Below, one piece after another: positions 38,450 through 48,370 of a DNA stretch of 63,090 bases. The notes beneath the pieces were generated by a model. That model searched no databases. It saw nothing but the letters and a program-made list of their open reading frames with translations, and was not told the DNA's origin. Source of the DNA: Lachnospiraceae bacterium UBA3711 (lineage in GTDB: Bacteria > Bacillota > Clostridia > Lachnospirales > Lachnospiraceae); the NCBI GenBank assembly GCA_002371345.1, contig DFHY01000108.1:2046-65135 (forward strand), in the 5' to 3' direction. Both the position numbers and the translations under genes were made by a program. Position 1 is the stretch's first letter. Every line of letters begins with the position of its first letter.

Positions 38450-39217
38450 TTAAACTTCCTGAACGTCCTGCCCGGCAAGCAGCCTTCCGGCAAGCTCCAG
38501 GAATGTCCTGCTGACCGGAAGATCAGGGTCTCCCTCGATGACAGTCATCCCCTCCTCCTCGAAGCGGATGATGTCGTCACTCCTCGGGATCTCACCGACT
38601 ATTTCAAGGCTCCTCTGCCTCGCAAATGACTGAACCTTCATGGTTTCATTCTCCACGTTTCTGTGGTTCAGGATCAGTCCGAGCACCCTCGCGTAGCTTC
38701 GGTCTTCGAAGTTTTTTACGGCCCTGTTGATGTTGTCCGCGGCATACAGCGCCATCTTCTCCCCGCTTGTCACAATCAGGACCTTGCCGGCATAGCCTTC
38801 CCTGATCGGTGCCGCGAAGCCTCCGCATACCACATCTCCCAGCACATCATACAGAACGACGTCCGGCTTCCACTGTTCGAAGAGCCTGAGTTCCTCCAGC
38901 AGCTGGAAGGTCGCGATGATTCCACGTCCGGCGCAGCCAAGCCCCGGAGTCGGGCCTCCTGTCTCGATGCACAGGACGCCCTTGAAGCCCTCGGCGCTTA
39001 TCTGCCTGTAATCATCGGGATAATCATCCCTGACACGGAGGTAGTCCATAACAGGCTCTACAGCCCTGCCCCCAAGAAGATTGATTGTGGAATCCGCCTT
39101 CGGGTCGCAGCCGATCTGAATCACACGCTTTCCCAGAGACGCGAAAGCGGCAGCCAGATTAGCCGTGATGGTTGACTTCCCGATACCGCCTTTTCCATAT
39201 ATCGCAAGCTTTAACAT
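38450..39217 (-). CDS. NifH/BchL-like ATP-dependent Fe protein
   Basis: [46 protein letters not shown]. Start 39217. Confidence 0.93.
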   Translation of the reverse strand: MLKLAIYGKGGIGKSTITANLAAAFASLGKRVIQIGCDPKADSTINLLGGRAVEPVMDYLRVRDDYPDDYRQISAEGFKGVLCIETGGPTPGLGCAGRGIIATFQLLEELRLFEQWKPDVVLYDVLGDVVCGGFAAPIREGYAGKVLIVTSGEKMALYAADNINRAVKNFEDRSYARVLGLILNHRNVENETMKVQSFARQRSLEIVGEIPRSDDIIRFEEEGMTVIEGDPDLPVSRTFLELAGRLLAGQDVQEV

Positions 39218-39235
39218 GTCCTCTATATACTCCTG

Positions 39236-39270
39236 AAAAAAAATCACGCGCTCCAAACGGAGCGCGCGGC
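39236..39270 (-). terminator. intrinsic terminator (attenuator) inside the 5' leader of the nifH-like gene
   Basis: CGCGCGCUCC-GUUU-GGAGCGCGUG followed by U8, lying between the promoter and the RBS. Confidence 0.85.
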
Positions 39271-39345
39271 TTTTTATCTGCCGCTATTCCAGTTCGGAGG
39301 CTTCCTTGCTGTCAGAGCGAATCATCAAGATATTGTATTCAGCTT
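39236..39345 (-). ncRNA. candidate cis-regulatory leader RNA (riboswitch/attenuator, class unknown)
   Basis: CUCCGAAC (39299-39292) can pair with the terminator loop/3' arm GUUUGGAG (39258-39251), giving alternative folds. Confidence 0.6.
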
Positions 39346-39351
39346 TTGCTC

Positions 39352-39380
39352 ATTCTACATGAACTGCACTATACAGTCAA
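39352..39380 (-). promoter_or_regulatory. sigma-A promoter of the nif-like/hyp/hyd cluster
   Basis: TTGACT-17 nt-TAGAAT. Confidence 0.85.
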
Positions 39381-39432
39381 TTCAAAAAACAGGTTCTGCT
39401 ATAGAGTTCAAAAAACAGGTTCCGCCATAGAA
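39381..39432. repeat. 26-bp tandem duplication abutting the -35 box
   Basis: TTCAAAAAACAGGTTCTGCTATAGAG then TTCAAAAAACAGGTTCCGCCATAGAA (23/26 identical). Confidence 0.8.
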
Positions 39433-39475
39433 CCAGATAAAAGCTTCTCAGCAGAACTGTGTACACGCAGACGGT

Positions 39476-40144
39476 TCACTTCTTTCCCGGAAACTTAGTG
39501 ATCCGGCTGCGCCGGCGCGGACGATCGGGATCGCTGTCTGAATCGTCAGCCGTGCCATCGGTAAAAGGAAGCCCCTGTCCGTCATCAAAGTCAAACGAAA
39601 GGTCGAAGCCGCCGCCCCAGTCCGGCGTGTCCTCGAGATCGCCCATACTCTCCACAGCCATGTCACTGAAGCTGGTGTTAAGCGAATGGATCATGTCTTC
39701 TGTGATCTCCTCCGCCCTCTCGTCACTGATCTCCTGCCCGTGGCTTTTAAGGTAGCTGACGACAATAGAGCTGATAATTCTGGATGCCGGAATCAGCGGC
39801 AGCTCCCGGATCATCTCAAGCATAGTCTTGTCATATGAATCCCCGACCATCTTGACCTGGCTTGTGAGCATATGGCCGTCATGGTTTAATCCCTCCCACT
39901 GCCCGTCGTCAATCATATCGGTGAGATATATCTCCACCTCCTTCCTGGTCATAGGGATATCGATGCCGGACTCCTCGAACAGCTGCATCTTTACTTCAGC
40001 AGTCAGCTCCTCCTCGGAATCCGCATATTCATCGTTGTCCGTCACAACGTAATCAATATATGTATCAGGAATGATCCCCTTGGGAAACAGCTTCCTTATC
40101 TCATCAGCAACTCTCTCAGCCCTGCTTTTTTTCTTTCTCGCCAT
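39476..40144 (-). CDS. hypothetical acidic protein
   Basis: AAGGAGG RBS; 222 aa; very D/E-rich with basic termini; no family recognised. Confidence 0.7.
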   Translation of the reverse strand: MARKKKSRAERVADEIRKLFPKGIIPDTYIDYVVTDNDEYADSEEELTAEVKMQLFEESGIDIPMTRKEVEIYLTDMIDDGQWEGLNHDGHMLTSQVKMVGDSYDKTMLEMIRELPLIPASRIISSIVVSYLKSHGQEISDERAEEITEDMIHSLNTSFSDMAVESMGDLEDTPDWGGGFDLSFDFDDGQGLPFTDGTADDSDSDPDRPRRRSRITKFPGKK

Positions 40145-40333
40145 AACCGCGCGCCTCCTTCATGACAGCTGCGTCCCGGCAAGGCTGTGTCCGGATGCCC
40201 GCCGGTACTGTGTTCAGTATACAATAATTACAATCAATTTGCATCTTTATCAGGTTTCATGTATGATTGCATGCGGATAATCATCCGCTGCCGCGGCTCA
40301 TCAGGCCCGGTATAAATACAGAGAAAGAGATTG

Positions 40334-41485
40334 ATGAATATGAATATTTACTATATCGACTATGAAAATGTCTCAAGCCAGGGACTGAAAGGTGTTGAGG
40401 CGCTTACAGAGAATGACGAGGTCATCCTTCTGTACAGCAAGAAGGCTGACAATGTCAAGATCGACATCCTTACTACATTGATGGCTTCCAAGGCCAGGAT
40501 CCGTTTCCTGCCGGTTCATGTCGGAACGCCCAACGCTCTTGATTTCCAGCTTGTCACTCTCCTGTTCCTGAACTACAGGCCGGAGGATTACTGCTATATC
40601 ATCAGCAAGGACAGCGGCTATGACTGCTGCATCAAAACTGCCGCCGAGAACGGGGCGCCGAATGTCGCGCGCTATCCGAATATAGAGAGCGCTGTCAACC
40701 GCGTACCAGTAAAAAAGACCCGAAGAGGAAGACGTCCGGCGCAGGATTCAGACGCTCAGGCGGATCAGGCTCATGCCTCTGCTCATTCTCCTTCAGATAA
40801 GGCACCTGTCCGTCCCAAGGCGGACACGTCAGCTCAGGAAGCCTCCGCTGACTCCAGGACAGACGGCTCAAGGTATGACGCCACCGCTGATTCCAAAGCC
40901 GCTTCTTCTCGCATTGAGAATGAGGGGGATGCGGTTGTTTCCCAGGAGACGGCTCCGGTGGCCGCGGATGATGGAGTCAAGAAGAAGCCTGCGAGAAAGA
41001 GGGGCCGTAAGAAAGCATCACAGACTGAAGCCGAGAACGCAGCTCATGCCGTCAAGGACAACGCTCCTGACGCTCAGGCTCCGGAAGAGAATATACAGGC
41101 ACATGACGACGCCTCTGAAGGCAGCCAGCACGCGAAGAACCAGAAGGCTGATAAAGCTCATGACAGCGAGAAGCCTCAGGAGCATGTCCTTCAGCAGAGA
41201 TATCTCTCAAAGCAATTTGAACCGAAGATGCAGCCATCATCCGGCTCATCCCCGAAGCAGGATTCCGACAGGCCTGTGTCTATACTCTCCGTCATCAGGC
41301 GCAGAAACGATGTGCAGCTTGATATGCATCAGATTGATCTGATAAGGGAAGCACTGAAAAGCTCCGGCAACAAGCAGCAGTTCTACAGCTATTTCGTAAA
41401 GAAGCTGGGGCAGAAACAGGGGATCGAGCTGTACCATTCCATAAAGAGTTCCTATACGGATCTTGTCAACGCAAATCTTCAGTAA
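40334..41485 (+). CDS. PIN/NYN-like domain protein with a long low-complexity linker
   Basis: YYIDYENV, NALDFQL, IISKDSGYD acidic motifs. Confidence 0.8.
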   Translation: MNMNIYYIDYENVSSQGLKGVEALTENDEVILLYSKKADNVKIDILTTLMASKARIRFLPVHVGTPNALDFQLVTLLFLNYRPEDYCYIISKDSGYDCCIKTAAENGAPNVARYPNIESAVNRVPVKKTRRGRRPAQDSDAQADQAHASAHSPSDKAPVRPKADTSAQEASADSRTDGSRYDATADSKAASSRIENEGDAVVSQETAPVAADDGVKKKPARKRGRKKASQTEAENAAHAVKDNAPDAQAPEENIQAHDDASEGSQHAKNQKADKAHDSEKPQEHVLQQRYLSKQFEPKMQPSSGSSPKQDSDRPVSILSVIRRRNDVQLDMHQIDLIREALKSSGNKQQFYSYFVKKLGQKQGIELYHSIKSSYTDLVNANLQ

Positions 41486-41490
41486 AGAGA

Positions 41491-41540
41491 TGGCAGCCGC
41501 GTATTAACATCGTATTGTTTATACGCGGCTGCCTGTTTTT
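41491..41540. terminator. terminator hairpin between convergent genes
   Basis: GGCAGCCGCGTAT...ATACGCGGCTGCC followed by TGTTTTT. Confidence 0.75.
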
Positions 41541-42759
41541 ATACCTTATCAAACTGATCCAGATTGTACTTCTTGATCACATCTACCAGTGCCGATACAT
41601 AGTTCGGCGCCGTAGCATATCCGCCGTTCTTGATTATCGTGGCGGCTTTTTCATAATCCCTGCATCCTATGAGCCCGTTGTACCTCAGCGACCCGTCACT
41701 GAGCTTAGCGCCTGTCAGATATGCCGAATGATCCGCCACGCTTGCCTGAATATTGGGATACTTTCTGAAGCCTGCTTTTATGGTTATGTACTTGCCGTTG
41801 ACATACTCCTGTGTATTCACATTGTAGACCGCTCCGTCCCACGCACTCTTCCAAGTCGTACTTCCTATGGATGACTTCATGCCGAACAGATTATTCGCTT
41901 CCTTAGCCAGCGTCGATGTTCCCCATCCGCTCTCGATAATAGCCTGTGCGACAGTTACGGATGCGAGCACACCCGTCGACAGCATGTCGGCGTGCGCCAT
42001 GGCCCCGATCTTTTCGATGAATTCCTTCTGCAGCTTGGTGGTTACAGCCTGCTCCTCTTCGACATAGCCGTCCTCGGTAAAGGTATATTTCTTTCCTCTG
42101 ATCGTGACAGTTTTACCCCGGTAGGCAGCCCCGTAATTCTTTCCTGTCTTTCCCGAGGTACGGAAATAATACTTCCTGCCGTTGATGGTCTTCCACCCTG
42201 TTTTAAGACGGCCGATGTTTTTGGGAGAGCCTGCCTTAATAAAGTAGTACAGCTTGCCGTTTATTTCCTGGAGTCCGGTAAGCTTGGATCCTCCTTCATC
42301 ATAGAAGAATACCTTCTTGCTGACTGTAACCCACCCAAGCTCCTGCGCGCCGAACGCTCCTTTCTTTTCCCTGGAGCTGAACAGGCAGTACTCCGCTCCG
42401 GCCTTCACATATCCGCTCTTGAGAGAACCCTTCTTTTTTCCAAGCTTCCCTCCCGGCGTCGCATAATAGCGGACGCCCTGTTCGGTGAACCATCCCACAG
42501 ACAGATAGCCTTCCCCGTCAAAGTGATAATATCTATTCTTCAGCTTCAGGAACCCCACCGCGGGTCTGAGCGACTTGGTAATGTAAGTAAACCGGCCGCT
42601 CGGAAGAGCATACCACCCTCTTCCCGCTGTAACCGCTGCGTCCTCCGCAGTAAGAGCCCGGACACTTAGAGGAATAAACAATACGAGAAGTACAGCGCAT
42701 ATTAATCCGGCTATCCAAACATATATCTGTTTTCTTCTGTCTGTATTATTGATAGGCAC
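41539..42759 (-). CDS. cell-wall-binding-repeat GH73 glucosaminidase (peptidoglycan hydrolase)
   Basis: N-terminal TM, repeats TGWKTINGRKYYF / TGLQEINGKLYYF, C-terminal AQAIIESGWG, NNLFGMK, GYATAPNY. GTG start with GGAGG RBS inferred. Confidence 0.88.
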   Translation of the reverse strand: MPINNTDRRKQIYVWIAGLICAVLLVLFIPLSVRALTAEDAAVTAGRGWYALPSGRFTYITKSLRPAVGFLKLKNRYYHFDGEGYLSVGWFTEQGVRYYATPGGKLGKKKGSLKSGYVKAGAEYCLFSSREKKGAFGAQELGWVTVSKKVFFYDEGGSKLTGLQEINGKLYYFIKAGSPKNIGRLKTGWKTINGRKYYFRTSGKTGKNYGAAYRGKTVTIRGKKYTFTEDGYVEEEQAVTTKLQKEFIEKIGAMAHADMLSTGVLASVTVAQAIIESGWGTSTLAKEANNLFGMKSSIGSTTWKSAWDGAVYNVNTQEYVNGKYITIKAGFRKYPNIQASVADHSAYLTGAKLSDGSLRYNGLIGCRDYEKAATIIKNGGYATAPNYVSALVDVIKKYNLDQFDKV

Positions 42760-43120
42760 TATAACAATCCTCCATTCCCCGGCACTGATATTGCCATGCC
42801 GCAGCCGCAGCTTCATGCCGGTGCAATTCCGCCCAGGCGGAATTGGTTGGTTTACAGGTGTTTTTCCTGTGTATTTTACAGGATATATCGATATATGTAA
42901 AGTTCATGTTACATAACTATTACATGTTTTTGTTGTATTTAACATTTTGTAGTTGCTTTTTAACTTTTATAAGGCTACAGTATCAGCATCAGCTGTACTT
43001 CATGTAAGCTTCTTTATTTTCATTATTAATCATGTTTATGTACTGATCGTTTCGCTGCTCATTTTCTCATTTTTTACCGTTACATCATCATATCTTTCTT
43101 ACATTTCAGGAGGTGTTCTC

Positions 43121-44866
43121 ATGCGCAGATCCGTCTTTGTTCACATCTTTTTTTTCTCTCTTGCGGCCTTGCTGTATTCGGTCAATATCCAGGCCTATGA
43201 TGAAATATCATTCCTGCCCGAAGAATCATCGACTGAGATTTGGGACGAACATCCGTTGCCGGCCGCTCCTGACGAAAGCGTACCGCCCGATACTTTGCCC
43301 AAAGAGTCATTGACTGAGGTTCCGGCAAAAGAATCACCGGCAGGCATACCGATCGATGCTGTTCTTGTCATAGACGTATCAGGTTCTATGAAAATGACCG
43401 ATCCGGACTACCTGAGCAGATCCGCTGCCCTCACATTCATAGATTCGCTGAGTAATTCAGAAGGCTCACGCGCAGGCCTGGTTACATTTTCAGACACTCT
43501 TCAGAAAGTAATTCCTCTTACAAGGCTTGACGTTTCATCCGAAGATAACGATCTGATCCGTGAATTGAATTCCCTGAACTATACTTCAGGCGACACGGAT
43601 ATAGGCACGGCTATGGAGACGGCTGTATCTATGCTGAATGAAAACAATGGCCGCACGTCTCAGAAGAGTATATTCCTCCTGACAGACGGCGAGATAGATC
43701 TTCCACGGGCTGAAGATGAGGAGAAAGCTGAGAAAGAATCTCTGACTCGTGCGCTTGTGGCCGTGGAGGAGGCGAAAGCAGAAAGAATCGCCATACACAC
43801 CGTAGCGCTTGATCTGTCAGGCAGTACCGATGAAAAGCTGATGAGCTATATGGCGGATTCCACGGGCGGTACGGCTAACAGAGTGACTGAAGCCTCCATG
43901 CTCGGCGATGTGTTCCGCACCCTCTCTTCCTATACAGAACGCCAGGCGGTTGAAGCCGCCGCGATGGCGGCTGAGACAGAGCCCGCGGAGAGCTTGCCTG
44001 AGACAGAGACAGAACCCGAAACAGAATCCGAAACAGAGTATATTCCGGCGGTCACTGTCTCCGGTACTATTGACGGCCCTGTTCATCTTAAAGGGCTTCT
44101 GCCGAATATGTGCAGGGCAAGTCTGAGGCTGTCCAATCTGTTCAGTATTGAAGGAAATGGCGCCGGGGCGGTGAATTCCATACGTTATACCGCCTATTCC
44201 GATGACAATGACATCCTGAAATGCACGCTGGAAGGTGACGAACTCTGTATAAGCGGACTAAAAAACGGTACTGCCGGGGTCGAAATCATCGCGGAGCCTG
44301 ACATACCTTCATACAGCAGTACCGGCGCCGCGAATATGTCATTTTCAGTACAGATCGATGCAGTCATCCCGTCCGTATACTATCTCGGCCTGATCCCGGC
44401 AGCAGCTGCTCTGATTGCAGTCACTGTTATCCTGATCAGGAGAAGAGACGACACAAGGCAGCAGATGACAGGAAGCCTTCAGTGGTATGTCCGCTCTGAA
44501 CACGAGAAGATATTCGGTATGCCTTCCCAGACAATGGCTGACCTTGAAGACTACGGAAGCAGAGTTCGCCTGTCTGAGCTGATTCATGATGACCTTCTGC
44601 CGGAATCAGTACTTGGCAAAGTGACAATAAGAGCCATTGAGGGGGGAATACGTATCTCAAGCAGAAGCAGCTCGGCTCTGATCGGTGAATCATCTTCCGA
44701 TCCGGGGCGCAGCCTGGATATGACGGGATCCGGACGCTTCAGGGTATTCTGCGATGACGGAAGCCGCAGAGCCGTAATAATCGCCATGTACACTGCCCTG
44801 TCCGGATACGGAAAGGAGCCGTCCTATGAGGATGACTCCGATGAGCGTACAAGACTTCTGGTATAG
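43121..44866 (+). CDS. membrane-anchored vWA domain protein
   Basis: AGGAGG RBS, signal peptide, MIDAS DVSGS..T..LTDG, ETE linker, TM YYLGLIPAAAALIAVTVILIRRR. Confidence 0.85.
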   Translation: MRRSVFVHIFFFSLAALLYSVNIQAYDEISFLPEESSTEIWDEHPLPAAPDESVPPDTLPKESLTEVPAKESPAGIPIDAVLVIDVSGSMKMTDPDYLSRSAALTFIDSLSNSEGSRAGLVTFSDTLQKVIPLTRLDVSSEDNDLIRELNSLNYTSGDTDIGTAMETAVSMLNENNGRTSQKSIFLLTDGEIDLPRAEDEEKAEKESLTRALVAVEEAKAERIAIHTVALDLSGSTDEKLMSYMADSTGGTANRVTEASMLGDVFRTLSSYTERQAVEAAAMAAETEPAESLPETETEPETESETEYIPAVTVSGTIDGPVHLKGLLPNMCRASLRLSNLFSIEGNGAGAVNSIRYTAYSDDNDILKCTLEGDELCISGLKNGTAGVEIIAEPDIPSYSSTGAANMSFSVQIDAVIPSVYYLGLIPAAAALIAVTVILIRRRDDTRQQMTGSLQWYVRSEHEKIFGMPSQTMADLEDYGSRVRLSELIHDDLLPESVLGKVTIRAIEGGIRISSRSSSALIGESSSDPGRSLDMTGSGRFRVFCDDGSRRAVIIAMYTALSGYGKEPSYEDDSDERTRLLV

Positions 44867-44896
44867 TCCTGATATCCGATCCGCACATAATAATAA

Positions 44897-44930
44897 TGTT
44901 GGCGGCAAAAGCACCTTTTACCGCCAACAT
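44897..44930. terminator. hairpin between convergent vWA gene and gdhA
   Basis: TGTTGGCGG...CCGCCAACA. Confidence 0.6.
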
Positions 44931-44963
44931 CCATATGTATTAATTGTGCAGTCGTTTATCCGC

Positions 44964-46313
<1,350 letters not shown>

Positions 46314-46387
46314 TTAGTCAAGCCTCGATCACGAGTTTTGTGCGCCGCTCAGGTTCACGCTCTGCAAACCGGTCCGGCAACGCGGCT

Positions 46388-46466
46388 ATTATATATCGAA
46401 GTAAATTGGGCTTGCAAGACTTTACTGCAAAAAATTTCCGAAAAATTTATGTTTTCGGAAATTTTT
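46388..46466 (-). promoter_or_regulatory. gdhA promoter and upstream 15-bp inverted repeat (CodY-box-like)
   Basis: TTGCAA-18-TATAAT; AAAAATTTCCGAAAA-N7-TTTTCGGAAATTTTT at 46430-46466. Confidence 0.6.
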
Positions 46467-46579
46467 ATGGTTAAATACAGTTTTTATTCAAATAATTTGT
46501 TTGCACATGTTGGCCTGGGAACGCCTGAAGCGCCTTCTTCCGGGAAAAACATCCAATACCGCATGCCGCGGCCTCGGAA

Positions 46580-47452
46580 CTATTGGCCTTTAACATGATC
46601 TTCGCAGAATTCAATGAGCCTGTCCCTTATGAGAGCGTACTCGTCCAGCGCGATATCGTACAGTCCCTGCAGAACCTGAGGATCCCTGGTATAGGTAGTA
46701 ATGTCCAGATGCTCTCTCGGTGATATTATCAGGGCATGCCCCTGCTCCTCCAGCCTTTTTATGGCTTTGAGAGTGGCATTGTACCGCTTGTGCCTGACAT
46801 CAAGATTATGGACAAGCATCGGATAACGGTGGAGAAAAGCATGATACAGCTTCTGATACTTCTCGGGCTCCCTGACAGTATCCTTCGGCCTGCACAGGAT
46901 CACAATCACCTTGTCGCATCCTGCCTCAAGAGCACGCTTCACCGGTACTGAATCGCTGCAGCCGCCGTCATAATACAGGTGACCGTCTATTTCCACCGGC
47001 CTGCACGCGACAGGGATGGCGCATGACGCCATGTATACAGAATAATCGTACGGGTGGAGGTCTTTCTTGGTGAAGTAATGCGGCTGTCCTGTCTCGGCGT
47101 CCGTCGCGACCGCCCAGAGTTCACACGGATTCCTCATAATGGCGTCGTAATCAAGCTCATCCTCTCCGCCCCTTCCGGTAAGATCCTGATAGATGTACTC
47201 GAGGTTGAAGAAGTTTCCGCCGCTGTGCCTGAAGGCAGTCCATCCCATATAATCGGGCCGTCCGACATAATCAACGAAGAATCTGCGGTTGCGGTCTCTC
47301 TGCCCGGCGACAAATGAAGCGCCGCATGCCGCTCCCGCCGAGACTCCGATCACATAATCAGGACTTATACCGTCATCCAGCATCAGGTCAAGTATGCCTG
47401 AGCTGTAAGCACATTTCATTCCGCCGCCCTCAATCACAAGTCCAAGTTTCAT
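46580..47452 (-). CDS. patatin-like phospholipase
   Basis: EGGGMK, GVSAG, YDGG. Confidence 0.9.
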   Translation of the reverse strand: MKLGLVIEGGGMKCAYSSGILDLMLDDGISPDYVIGVSAGAACGASFVAGQRDRNRRFFVDYVGRPDYMGWTAFRHSGGNFFNLEYIYQDLTGRGGEDELDYDAIMRNPCELWAVATDAETGQPHYFTKKDLHPYDYSVYMASCAIPVACRPVEIDGHLYYDGGCSDSVPVKRALEAGCDKVIVILCRPKDTVREPEKYQKLYHAFLHRYPMLVHNLDVRHKRYNATLKAIKRLEEQGHALIISPREHLDITTYTRDPQVLQGLYDIALDEYALIRDRLIEFCEDHVKGQ

Positions 47453-48351
47453 ATTGCGCTGTAAATCTCCTTTTCTGTAAGTCCATTCCCATTATCGCGC
47501 TTTCCGGCTGCCGCCTCGCAGGCCTCTATCACGTGTCTTGCGAGAATCGAGGTTGTCACTGCACCGACTCCACCCGGAACCGGGGTAATAGCTCCGACAA
47601 TATCTTTAATGTCTTCAAACGCCGCGTCTCCGCACAGTCTGCCGTCCTCCCCGGCATTGATCCCGACGTCAATCACGATCTGCCCGGGGCTGACATGCTC
47701 AGCCGTAACCGTATTCGCATGTCCGGCGGCAGTTATCAGTATATCTGCCTGCCTCGTAATTGACGGAAGATCTCTTGTGCGTGTATGACAGACAGTGACC
47801 GTCGCGTTCCGGTTAACCAACATAAGCGCGGCCGGCTTTCCGAACACCAGAGATCTCCCTATAACCACGGCGTTCATACCGGTACTGTCTATCCCGTAAT
47901 AGTCGAAAAACGCCATCGCAGCTTCAGCAGTGCACGGCATGAATCTGTTCCTGCCACCGCTGAGAAGGCCGCTCATGGACAGGTCGGTCATGCAGTCGAC
48001 ATCCTTCTCAGGACGAAGGCGGTTGACGACCAGGTCTTCATCCATTCCCCGCGGCAGCGGACGCAGAAGAAGGACTCCGTGAACCGATTCGTCCCCATTC
48101 AATTCATCTATAAGCGACAGAAGCTCATCCTGTGATACATCCTTCGGAAGATGGTGTGTCATGCACTTAATGCCGGCGGTTTCACATCTTCTTACCGCGC
48201 CTCTCTCATAAGAGCAGTCTCCCGGCCTGTCACCGATACGTATAACACTAAGGCACGGACTGTACCCTCTCGCTTTCAGGTCTTCCGCCCTGGCGTTAAG
48301 CTCCGCGCTGATATTCTCCGCCACCTCTTTACCGGAAAGAAGTTTTGCCAT
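47449..48351 (-). CDS. folD: methylene-THF dehydrogenase FolD (likely monofunctional)
   Basis: PEKDVD, PCTAEA, GRSLVFGKP, IDVGIN, TPVPGGVG. Confidence 0.93.
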   Translation of the reverse strand: MAKLLSGKEVAENISAELNARAEDLKARGYSPCLSVIRIGDRPGDCSYERGAVRRCETAGIKCMTHHLPKDVSQDELLSLIDELNGDESVHGVLLLRPLPRGMDEDLVVNRLRPEKDVDCMTDLSMSGLLSGGRNRFMPCTAEAAMAFFDYYGIDSTGMNAVVIGRSLVFGKPAALMLVNRNATVTVCHTRTRDLPSITRQADILITAAGHANTVTAEHVSPGQIVIDVGINAGEDGRLCGDAAFEDIKDIVGAITPVPGGVGAVTTSILARHVIEACEAAAGKRDNGNGLTEKEIYSAI

Positions 48352-48370
48352 TGATGCCCCCCTTTATGCT

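Noticed and set aside
28102-39217. True nitrogen fixation (nifHDKEN)
   Set aside because: Subunits are short, lack the full P-cluster Cys sets and recognisable FeMoco ligands, and there is no nifB in the window.
42953-43120. N-terminal extensions in the ORF track (vWA, guaD, hydF, hypE, Ig protein, nifH-like)
   Set aside because: Downstream ATGs with clear SD sequences and family-typical N-termini are better starts.
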